A stretch of 64,000 nucleotides of DNA from Bacteroidaceae bacterium. Its GTDB lineage: Bacteria; Bacteroidota; Bacteroidia; Bacteroidales; Bacteroidaceae. The DNA lies in contig JAZRII010000010.1 of the NCBI GenBank assembly GCA_045645225.1, positions 19,392-83,391 on the forward strand, written 5' to 3'. The notes under the pieces are model-generated. The model did not search any database and had not been told where the DNA came from. It was given only the letters and a program-made list of their open reading frames with translations. The first letter of the stretch is position 1. Every line of letters begins with the position of its first letter. The translations under genes and the position numbers were made by a program. Positions 19,724 to 27,427 of this stretch are shown here, piece by piece.

Positions 19724-20162
19724 ACAGGGGCTTCAGCGTGCTGCTGCCCTTTGCAGTCAGTCCGAGCACTGTGTGGCTGACATTACTGAGAAATTGTTGC
19801 GTTGGGGCATCTCAAGGGAGGATTCAAACCGCATTGTTGATAGGCTTGTTGATGAGAAATATATTGACGAGGCGCGGTATGCGATTGCCTATGTGAGGGA
19901 CAAGGTCCGATTCTCGCATTGGGGTAGGGTGAAGATAAAGAGCATGCTTCGTATGCTTCGCATCAGCGAATCGGATATTAGTGATGCGTTTGACTTGTTT
20001 GACGAAGATGAGTATCTCGCTGTTCTTGAGGGTGTAATAGAGACGAAGCGCAGGTCTTTGCCCGAGGCGGATAGTTATGCTTCTCGAGTCAAATTGATTC
20101 GCTTTGCCCTGCAACGAGGCTTTGAAATGCATGAAATAACAAAATTTATATCGGAATATTAG
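19689..20162 (+). CDS. recX: RecX family regulatory protein
   Basis: 157-aa helical-repeat ORF with RecX-like pattern (ALCSQSEHC..EKL..WG, IDE.RYA); overlaps the prmC end by 35 nt. Confidence 0.75.
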   Translation: MARNVSRALSFEQGLQRAAALCSQSEHCVADITEKLLRWGISREDSNRIVDRLVDEKYIDEARYAIAYVRDKVRFSHWGRVKIKSMLRMLRISESDISDAFDLFDEDEYLAVLEGVIETKRRSLPEADSYASRVKLIRFALQRGFEMHEITKFISEY

Positions 20163-20182
20163 TGGAAATCGGTAAATATTCC

Positions 20183-20190
20183 TATCTTTG
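20183..20190 (+). promoter_or_regulatory. -7 box TATCTTTG
   Basis: 38 nt upstream of ATG 20228. Confidence 0.5.
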
Positions 20191-20227
20191 CATGGAAACA
20201 AAGTTAAACTTCTAAAAGATAAAAGTT

Positions 20228-20860
20228 ATGAGCACACTTGAAAAAATCTTTGCTGAAAAGCTTCTCAAGGTAAAGGCCATCAAGCTCCAGCCTACAAATC
20301 CCTTCACCTGGGCCAGCGGTTGGAAGTCTCCTTTCTATTGCGACAACCGTAAGACCCTGTCATATCCCGACCTTCGTTCCTTCGTAAAGATAGAGACCTC
20401 CCGTCTCATTCTGGAGCGTTTCCCCGAGGCTGAGGCCGTTGCAGGTGTAGCTACTGGTGCTATTCCCCAGGGAGCTATGGTGGCAGATACATTGAACATG
20501 CCGTTCGTTTATGTTCGTTCAAAACCAAAGGATCATGGTCTGGAGAACCTTATTGAGGGTGAACTGAAGCCCGGCACCAAGGTAGTTGTGGTTGAGGACC
20601 TGATCAGTACCGGTGGCAGTTCCTTGAAGGCTGTCGAGGCCATCCGCAACTACGGTTGCGAGGTTGTGGGCATGGTTGCTTCCTATACCTATGGCTTTGA
20701 TGTGGCCGAAAAGGCATTCAAGGAAGCAGGCGTGGAATTGGTTACACTCACCAACTACGAGGCTGTTGTAGCACAGGCTCTGAGTACTGGTTATATTAAG
20801 GAAGAGGAAGTGGAACTGCTCAACCAGTGGCGCAAGGCTCCTTCCGAGTGGCAAGGATAA
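20228..20860 (+). CDS. pyrE: Orotate phosphoribosyltransferase
   Basis: PRPP-binding loop VVVVEDLISTGGS. Confidence 0.93.
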   Translation: MSTLEKIFAEKLLKVKAIKLQPTNPFTWASGWKSPFYCDNRKTLSYPDLRSFVKIETSRLILERFPEAEAVAGVATGAIPQGAMVADTLNMPFVYVRSKPKDHGLENLIEGELKPGTKVVVVEDLISTGGSSLKAVEAIRNYGCEVVGMVASYTYGFDVAEKAFKEAGVELVTLTNYEAVVAQALSTGYIKEEEVELLNQWRKAPSEWQG

Positions 20861-20885
20861 TACATTCATTATTAGACACTGATTT

Positions 20886-21374
20886 ATGAACAAATATGAA
20901 AGTACGGTCAAGACGGTGTATGCTCCAGTGGAGCGTGTGTATGCCCGTCTGTCCGACCTCACATCGTTGCAGGTATTGAAGGAAAGGGTTGATGATCCCC
21001 GTTTCGAGGAAATCATCAACAGCCAGGTGCCTGCCGACAAGCGTCCAACTCCCGAGCAGTTTGAGAAGTTGCGCAACAACATCCGCAAGATGGAACTGAC
21101 CCCCGACACCATGTCAGGGCACATCGGTCCTCTGGGCGACATTACTTTGCGAATAGTGGAACGTACCGATCCTAAACTAGTCAAGATGGAACTGGAAGGT
21201 GCTCCCATTGCCGTAACCATGTGGATACAGATGCTCCCTTCCGATGAGAATTCCAGCCGACTGAAGGTAACCCTGGGCGCAGAACTGAATTTCTTCATCC
21301 GCAAGATGATAGAGTCTAAGTTGGAAAAGGCTCCCGAGGGTTTGGCTCAGTTCCTTTCACAGATTCCTTATTAA
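20886..21374 (+). CDS. SRPBCC-like small protein, function unknown
   Basis: 162-aa ORF, good coding look, tight spacing after pyrE; family assignment tentative. Confidence 0.65.
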   Translation: MNKYESTVKTVYAPVERVYARLSDLTSLQVLKERVDDPRFEEIINSQVPADKRPTPEQFEKLRNNIRKMELTPDTMSGHIGPLGDITLRIVERTDPKLVKMELEGAPIAVTMWIQMLPSDENSSRLKVTLGAELNFFIRKMIESKLEKAPEGLAQFLSQIPY

Positions 21375-21453
21375 CTCCTATAGATCCTGCACGGATGCCA
21401 TGGCTCTGACCCATGTTGTCCGTGCGGATTGTATCTTCTAACAAATCATTGCA

Positions 21454-22788
21454 ATGGCAAAACTTTGGGACAAAGGCTTTGAGATAAATGCGGAGATAGA
21501 ACGGTATACCGTTGGCCGCGACCGCGAACTTGACCTGTATCTGGCACAGGACGATGTGCTTGGCTCCATGGCGCATATCACCATGCTGGAGAGTATCGGT
21601 CTGTTGAAGAAGGACGAACTTGCTGCTCTGCTGGCGCAGCTGAAGGAGATTCATGCACAGATTCTCCAAGGCGAATTCCAGATAGAGGACGGTATAGAGG
21701 ATGTCCATTCCCAGGTAGAACTCATGCTCACCCGCTCTTTGGGCGAGATGGGCAAGAAGATACACTCGGGCCGTTCTCGCAACGACCAGGTGCTTGTCGA
21801 TTTGCGTCTCTTCACCCGTCGCCAGTTGCGTATGGTAGTAGAAGACGTCTGCTCTCTGTTCAAGGAACTTCAGATCCAGAGCGAGCGCTATAAGAACGTC
21901 CTGATGCCAGGTTATACTCATTTGCAGGTGGCTATGCCGTCAAGTTTCGGTCTGTGGTTCGGCGCCTATGCCGAGTCGCTGGTGGACGACATGATGATGC
22001 TTCAGGCTGCATACCGCCAGACCAATCGCAATCCCCTGGGCTCTGCGGCTGGTTATGGCAGCAGTTTTCCCTTGGATCGCAGCATGACCACCCGTCTTTT
22101 GGGCTTCGACTCCATGGACTATAATGTGGTATATGCCCAGATGGGGCGTGGCAAGACTGAGCGCAACGTTGCATTTGCCCTTGCCTCGGTGGCAAGCACC
22201 GTCAGCAAGATGGCGTTTGATGCCTGTATGTACAACTCGCAGAACTTTGCCTTTGTGCGCCTGCCCAAGGAATGCACAACCGGCAGCAGTATCATGCCTC
22301 ACAAGAAGAACCCCGATGTCTTCGAACTGACACGTGCCAAGTGCAACAAGCTCCAGGCTCTGCCCCAGCAGATAATGATGATAATGAATAATCTGCCCTC
22401 TGGCTATTTCCGCGACTTGCAGATTATCAAGGAAGTCTTCCTTCCCGCCTTCCAGGAGTTGCGCGACTGCCTGCAGATGTCGGCCTATATCATCCGTAAG
22501 ATGGAAGTCAATGAGGAGATTCTCTCGGACCCTCGCTACGATCTCATGTTCTCCGTGGAGGAAGTTAACCGTCTTGCTACCGAAGGCATGCCCTTCCGCG
22601 ACGCCTACAAGAAGGTGGGACTGGACATAGAGGCCGGCAAATTCATTCCAAACAAGGATATCCGCCATACCCACGAAGGAAGCATTGGCAATCTTTGCAA
22701 CGGCGAAATTGCATCTCTGATGGAGTCGCTTGTTCAGGATTTCCATTTCGAGCGTATAGACAGGGCAGTTGAGTTGCTGCTTTCATAG
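21454..22788 (+). CDS. argH: Argininosuccinate lyase
   Basis: Fumarate-lyase signature GSSIMPHKKNPD. Confidence 0.95.
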   Translation: MAKLWDKGFEINAEIERYTVGRDRELDLYLAQDDVLGSMAHITMLESIGLLKKDELAALLAQLKEIHAQILQGEFQIEDGIEDVHSQVELMLTRSLGEMGKKIHSGRSRNDQVLVDLRLFTRRQLRMVVEDVCSLFKELQIQSERYKNVLMPGYTHLQVAMPSSFGLWFGAYAESLVDDMMMLQAAYRQTNRNPLGSAAGYGSSFPLDRSMTTRLLGFDSMDYNVVYAQMGRGKTERNVAFALASVASTVSKMAFDACMYNSQNFAFVRLPKECTTGSSIMPHKKNPDVFELTRAKCNKLQALPQQIMMIMNNLPSGYFRDLQIIKEVFLPAFQELRDCLQMSAYIIRKMEVNEEILSDPRYDLMFSVEEVNRLATEGMPFRDAYKKVGLDIEAGKFIPNKDIRHTHEGSIGNLCNGEIASLMESLVQDFHFERIDRAVELLLS

Positions 22789-22830
22789 CCTCCCTTATAT
22801 ATATAATAAGGTATATATCCCAGATTTCAC

Positions 22831-23406
22831 ATGAGAATATTCAGACTTATGCTGGTTGCCCTTGCGGCAGCCGGCATTTTATCTTCCTGCGAAAAGGCGG
22901 AAAATCTCTATAGCAGATACTATGCCTACTTCCGCTATACTCCCGTCAGTGCGAAGCCCAATCTGTACAGGGCCTGTACCTCGCTCGGGGAGTTCTGCTC
23001 CATTACATACCCTCCAGGTGCCGGTCAGAACTATGTGGTCAAGAGCCTCAGCACTCCTTCCAGCGTTGATTATATCCAGCGTACAGCACTTCAGGGCTAC
23101 CGGGACTTCATACTGGGTATAGGTGGCGGACTTGTCTTGGGCATGCCTATGATACCAGAGATGCTCGAGCAGGAAAGTAATGTTGTTTGCTTTGATCTGT
23201 GCTGTTCCAACTGCTATCAGGACTATCACATACAAAAGCATCTTAACATGCAGCCAGGAGGACAGGCATCGTGCATTTCCTGTGGGCGTACATACGATCT
23301 AAATAATATGGGCATAGTGTCGGCAGGAGATGCAGGCCGTTCGCTTTTCCGATATTATGTGCACTATCACATGTCTACTCAAACGATTACCGTCAGCAAC
23401 AATTAA
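22831..23406 (+). CDS. Lipoprotein with CxxC...CxxC pair, function unknown
   Basis: Lipobox ILSSC; CSNCYQ...CISCGRTYD zinc-ribbon-like pair. Confidence 0.7.
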   Translation: MRIFRLMLVALAAAGILSSCEKAENLYSRYYAYFRYTPVSAKPNLYRACTSLGEFCSITYPPGAGQNYVVKSLSTPSSVDYIQRTALQGYRDFILGIGGGLVLGMPMIPEMLEQESNVVCFDLCCSNCYQDYHIQKHLNMQPGGQASCISCGRTYDLNNMGIVSAGDAGRSLFRYYVHYHMSTQTITVSNN

Positions 23407-23461
23407 AGGCCGTGTTTGCAGTTTTTCGTGCCTTTTCTTTGGCAGAGTCGTTTTTTTGTTA

Positions 23462-23469
23462 TACCTTTG
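23462..23469 (+). promoter_or_regulatory. -7 box TACCTTTG upstream of the tRNA
   Basis: 36 nt upstream of tRNA 5' end. Confidence 0.5.
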
Positions 23470-23504
23470 CACCCGCTAATGGACAGATGATTAGCATTCA
23501 GGTT

Positions 23505-23577
23505 GACTCGCTAGCTCAGTAGGTAGAGCACTTCACTTTTAATGAAGGGGTCTCGGGTTCGAACCCCGAGCGGGTTA
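23505..23577 (+). tRNA. tRNA-Lys (anticodon TTT)
   Basis: Hand-folded cloverleaf: acceptor GACTCGC/GCGGGTT (two G-U pairs, including 1-72), D arm GCTC-AGTAGGTA-GAGC, anticodon arm CTTCA-CTTTTAA-TGAAG, T arm TCGGG-TTCGAAC-CCCGA, discriminator A; CCA not encoded. Confidence 0.85.
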
Positions 23578-23597
23578 CGGAAGTATTCCAAATTTCA

Positions 23598-23626
23598 AAA
23601 GAGAGTTCTTAGGGACTCTCTTTTTT
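23598..23626 (+). terminator. Rho-independent terminator after tRNA-Lys
   Basis: 9-bp stem AAAGAGAGT/ACTCTCTTT, 8-nt loop, T run. Confidence 0.75.
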
Positions 23627-23645
23627 CGTATTATTCTCCTTTTAT

Positions 23646-23676
23646 GCCGCGACTTTACTGCCCCGCGACTTTACTG
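23646..23676 (+). repeat. Short direct repeat CCGCGACTTTACTG x2
   Basis: gCCGCGACTTTACTGccCCGCGACTTTACTG. Confidence 0.85.
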
Positions 23677-23713
23677 TTTTTCATTTATTATTCGGATTTA
23701 AGATTTTATATTG

Positions 23714-23721
23714 TATCTTTG
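23714..23721 (+). promoter_or_regulatory. -7 box TATCTTTG, about 520 nt upstream of the T9SS cargo gene
   Basis: Only canonical box I find between the tRNA terminator and ATG 24244. Confidence 0.4.
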
Positions 23722-23839
23722 TAGCGATTAATCAACTTTGTTGCTATGAATCACTGCACTGCAACCCCTTATTCTCCGCTCTTGGGCTGCTGCTCAAGGG
23801 GTGAGGTGCGTGTGCATATGAGCGTTGGCCTCGCGGCTA

Positions 23840-23848
23840 CCCCCCCCC
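23840..23848. repeat. C9 homopolymer tract
   Basis: ggctaCCCCCCCCCtataag inside the long ORF-poor leader. Confidence 0.9.
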
Positions 23849-24243
23849 TATAAGTTAATCATTTACAATGCTTTATGTGCGCTTTCTCTGGCAAGAGGAG
23901 GTGCGATGCGTCGTGGGTGTTGGGCATCTCACGCGGAGGGTGCTTTGTCGGGCCACGGAGGACACAAGTATGCACGGATTTCTTTTTATCAACACACACA
24001 GAAACAAAGTTCGCTGGCCGAAGGGAAAAGCAATTTAAGCACGTTTTTGACTTCGCCTTTGGCTCCGCTCTTGCTACCCATCCGGATGGCAGGCACAAGC
24101 GTAGCGCGTGCTAAAACAGTCTAAGTTCAGTTTAAATTCAGTTGACAAGATAAAACAAAATCAGTGATTATCCGTGCCCATCCTTGGGAGAAACGAAAAA
24201 GAAAACAATTAACAAATTATTAACTCATAAAAACTAAGAAGTT

Positions 24244-26949
24244 ATGAAAACTAAAATCTTTACCCTTTTTGCAGCGTTCACGCTGCTGTTCGGTGCCAAG
24301 GCTATGGCGCAGACCAATCCCGCCGAACAATATTATTATTACCTTGGCACCTCGTCCGACGAATCCCTGATAACTCCTGACAACTATAAGGAATTCTGTC
24401 AAAAAGTATCTGAATTCCCTGCAGAGCAACAAATTGTAAGTGTTGATGACGAGTATCTATATGTGGTTCTGCCCGCAGATAAGGATATGTTAGCATTAGA
24501 CATAGATGCAGGCATTGGCGAGTTGAATTTTAAGTACTATTCATCAGCACTGTCTAAATATAGTAATACCAAAAATAAGAATGTAAGACTTACCTTTGAT
24601 GACGAAAAAGAATACGTTATCTATCGTTCGGCAGCAACTGCACTTGGACGATACGGTGTGAACATTAAAGAAGAAACACCCGTAACCTCTATCGTGCTCG
24701 ATTGCACTGAGGCATCCATGCAAGTGGGAGGGTCTATAGACATTACGGCTACTGTAAACCCGCAAGACGCTACATGGTATAAAGTGATGTGGAGTAGCGA
24801 TAACGCCTCTGTTGCAATCGTGGATAATAATGGTAAGGTGACAGCCCTTTCTGAGGGTAGCACCACTATCACTGCCGAGGCCTGCGACAACAGCGGTATC
24901 ACCGCCACTTGCGTGGTGACCGTAGAGGCTGCCGCAGTGGAACCAGAGCCTACCTGGCACTTAAGCGGTCCTGCAACAGAAGAAGAAGTTACAACACAAA
25001 GTTATATTGATGGCTTAGTATATAACCAAACTAGTAAACCAAGTACAATTACTTTGAAAAAGGGATATAATGTAATAATAATTCCTTCTTCATGGACAAC
25101 TCCTACTTTTGGATTAGTTTCTGATTTTAGTAAGAGATATACACCATTTACATCCAATGACCTTGGTATAACAAATCCTTCAAATAAAAATGTGCTTGTT
25201 TTATATTCAGAAGTGGAAAACGCAACTTGTTATGTAAAATGGGATACCAATGTAGTCCCCGAACCCGAAACTAAGTATTATTGGTATGCAGGTACTACCG
25301 ATCCCACAACGATGACAAGTATTGACCCGATTATTCCTGCAGATGCAGCATCTTATGTCTATGGTTGGACTGAAATAACTGAAGCACCAACAGAGATTAG
25401 TGTGTTTAAAGAATCATCAAATTGGCAAGAAACCGGACTTTTCCCCGAGGTGCAGTGGTATTTAGCATGTCCCAATGAATATGGATTTGATACATCTGTA
25501 AACGGAGTGAAAGTAGGTGGTTGGGATGTAACAAGAAATGCTGTAGTAATTGGTGGTGTTAAATATGATGTTTGGAAAGCAAAATCATTGACAGATGTGG
25601 TTAATACGCAGTTGGCAAAGATTGGAGATTCTGAACCCGAACCTGAGCCCGAGCCCGAAGGCTTGCTCACCGGCAAGAACTACCGCGTGAAGAACGTGAC
25701 GACAGGCCTTTACCTGCAGGTAGAGGGCAACAACACCAACATGAAGTTGCAGAACAAGGCCGAGGGCGTGGCGCTGACGCAGGTGTTCCAACTCGAGGAG
25801 GCTGCTGAGGGCATGTACTACATCAAGGCTGCCGACAGCGACAACAACTACTATGCTCACGCATCGGGCTGGAACTTCAACGCCACCACCAATGCCGACA
25901 ACAAGACCCCCTTCACCATCGCACTCGTAGAGGGCGAGACTCAGGTGTACACCCTGCATCAGAACGTGTCTGCTAACACAGGTCTTGCCGGTACCGATGA
26001 CTCTGCCGCTGGCGCTGCCATCTATTGCGACAAGGGCATCGACAACAACGGCAAGTGGACCTTCGAGCCTCTCACCGAGGAGGAGAACGCAGCCTACGTG
26101 ACCACGCTGACCGCTACGGCCAAGGCCGCCCTCGATGCCGCCATCGCACGTGGCGAGCAGGTGGTGGCCACACGCAGCGCGGTGCTCACCGCCGAGGAGG
26201 TAGCCGCCATCAGCGGTGCCGTGCAGGCAGCCAAGGAGGGCATGGATGCCGCTACCGGGGTGGCCGCACTGAAGGCCCTGGGCGATGCCATCCACACCGC
26301 CGTGGACGCTGCCATCTATGTATGGAGCATCGACGAGGTGAGCAACACATTGTGCTACGCCGTATCTACCGAGGATCGCGGCGCATGGTATGCCCAGGCG
26401 GCCAACCTCACCAGCACCGCCAAGGCGGGGGTTGCCGTTGACGTCACCGACAAGCAGCAGCAGTTTGCCTTCGTGCAGTCACCCGAGACAGGTGCACTCT
26501 ACCTCTATAGCGTGAGCGAGGAGAAGTTTGTCAAGGCAGAGGGTGGCTACACCGCGCTTACCGAGGCCCCCGAGCAGACCATCAGCATCCTCAATGGCAC
26601 ACGCAGCGCAGCGTTCCCCTGGGTGGTAGCACTCAACGCCGAGGATGGCCAGAAGCAGATGGGCATCTCTAACGGCTACGACCCTGCCGTCATCACCCAC
26701 TGGAACGACCTCGGCGATGGTGGCAACACGGTGCGTATCGAGAAGGTTGTCGCCTTCGATGCTACCGCTGCCCTCGCAGCCATCAAGGCACTGGAGACAG
26801 GCATCGACGAACTGAAAGGTGAAAATGGAGAAGAGAGAACGGAAAACGGAAAACGGGGAACGGAAATCTATGACCTCTCTGGCCGTCGTGTGCAGAAGGC
26901 ACAGAAGGGTATATTTATCCGCGATGGCAAAAAGGTTGTGATCAAGTGA
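24244..26949 (+). CDS. Secreted multidomain surface protein with Big_2 Ig-like domain and T9SS-type C-terminal sorting tail
   Basis: Signal peptide ...GAKAMAQ; Big_2-like block VTSIVLD...ITATCVVTV (about 24679-24927); EP linkers VEPEPT and SEPEPEPEPEG; tail EIYDLSGRRVQKAQKGIFIRDGKKVVIK. Confidence 0.85.
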   Translation: MKTKIFTLFAAFTLLFGAKAMAQTNPAEQYYYYLGTSSDESLITPDNYKEFCQKVSEFPAEQQIVSVDDEYLYVVLPADKDMLALDIDAGIGELNFKYYSSALSKYSNTKNKNVRLTFDDEKEYVIYRSAATALGRYGVNIKEETPVTSIVLDCTEASMQVGGSIDITATVNPQDATWYKVMWSSDNASVAIVDNNGKVTALSEGSTTITAEACDNSGITATCVVTVEAAAVEPEPTWHLSGPATEEEVTTQSYIDGLVYNQTSKPSTITLKKGYNVIIIPSSWTTPTFGLVSDFSKRYTPFTSNDLGITNPSNKNVLVLYSEVENATCYVKWDTNVVPEPETKYYWYAGTTDPTTMTSIDPIIPADAASYVYGWTEITEAPTEISVFKESSNWQETGLFPEVQWYLACPNEYGFDTSVNGVKVGGWDVTRNAVVIGGVKYDVWKAKSLTDVVNTQLAKIGDSEPEPEPEPEGLLTGKNYRVKNVTTGLYLQVEGNNTNMKLQNKAEGVALTQVFQLEEAAEGMYYIKAADSDNNYYAHASGWNFNATTNADNKTPFTIALVEGETQVYTLHQNVSANTGLAGTDDSAAGAAIYCDKGIDNNGKWTFEPLTEEENAAYVTTLTATAKAALDAAIARGEQVVATRSAVLTAEEVAAISGAVQAAKEGMDAATGVAALKALGDAIHTAVDAAIYVWSIDEVSNTLCYAVSTEDRGAWYAQAANLTSTAKAGVAVDVTDKQQQFAFVQSPETGALYLYSVSEEKFVKAEGGYTALTEAPEQTISILNGTRSAAFPWVVALNAEDGQKQMGISNGYDPAVITHWNDLGDGGNTVRIEKVVAFDATAALAAIKALETGIDELKGENGEERTENGKRGTEIYDLSGRRVQKAQKGIFIRDGKKVVIK

Positions 26950-27096
26950 TCTTTCAAAACACATCTGTCAAGACAGGTGCCCAGTCAGAGGATGGCATAT
27001 ATGTTCAGGACGAGGAGGTGATCATTGTCAGGAACAACCAGAGATATAATCTCAAGGGACAGAACTTGAAATAATCGCAGAGATCAATTATTCAAA

Positions 27097-27130
27097 GGTG
27101 GTTCGCTTGGTAGGCGAGCCACCTTTTTTT
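27097..27130 (+). terminator. Rho-independent terminator of the T9SS cargo gene
   Basis: GGTGGTTCGC / GCGAGCCACC stem (one G-U), 7-nt loop, T7. Confidence 0.8.
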
Positions 27131-27239
27131 AGATACAAACAGGTAGTTGGGTCATAAAAACTCAATGGAATAATGCTGTATTATTGCTGGCAATTCTCAT
27201 TGTTACGTCACTGCTCTACAGACATGTGATTTTTGCCCT

Positions 27240-27335
27240 CCCGAGGACAAGGGCGTGACAATAGTATTTGTTCGCCGAACGAATACCGAGGACAAGGGCG
27301 TGACAATACCGAGGACAAAACAGGCGCCTCCCGAG
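27240..27335 (+). repeat. Stuttered direct repeats CCGAGGACAAGGGCGTGACAATA
   Basis: Two full copies plus the partials CCGAGGACAAAACAGG and CCTCCCGAGG. Confidence 0.75.
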
Positions 27336-27387
27336 GCGTGTTATGCGTTTTTGTGTAGCATGTTTTGCAAGTCTTGAAAATTATTGA

Positions 27388-27395
27388 TAAATTTG
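27388..27395 (+). promoter_or_regulatory. -7 box TAAATTTG
   Basis: 33 nt upstream of ATG 27428. Confidence 0.5.
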
Positions 27396-27427
27396 TACGA
27401 GAAAGACTATAAACAAACATAATATCT

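Noticed and set aside
23825-24124. 99-aa ORF (and overlapping 79-aa ORFs) in the leader upstream of the cargo gene
   Set aside because: There is no promoter or start-codon context and the composition is improbable (Arg/Ala/Gly/His-rich). Three mutually overlapping frames are open, as expected for GC-rich non-coding DNA.
23730-24130. Housekeeping ncRNA (RNase P RNA, tmRNA, SRP RNA, 6S) in the GC-rich leader
   Set aside because: None of the universally conserved strings I know are present: the GGAAAGTCCGGGC-type RNase P core, a tRNA-like tmRNA end with a tag ORF, or the SRP GGAA/AGCA tetraloop helix.
24960-26073. Calling specific carbohydrate-binding folds (for example ricin-type beta-trefoil) for the middle modules of the cargo protein
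   Set aside because: I could not find repeated QxW or other diagnostic motifs by eye. Only the Big_2-like block and the sorting tail are supportable.
23580-27130. Integrated island or prophage at tRNA-Lys
   Set aside because: There is no integrase, no phage or conjugation genes, and no duplicated tRNA 3' segment downstream. Only compositional mosaicism and the odd acceptor stem remain, and these are reported as low-to-moderate findings.
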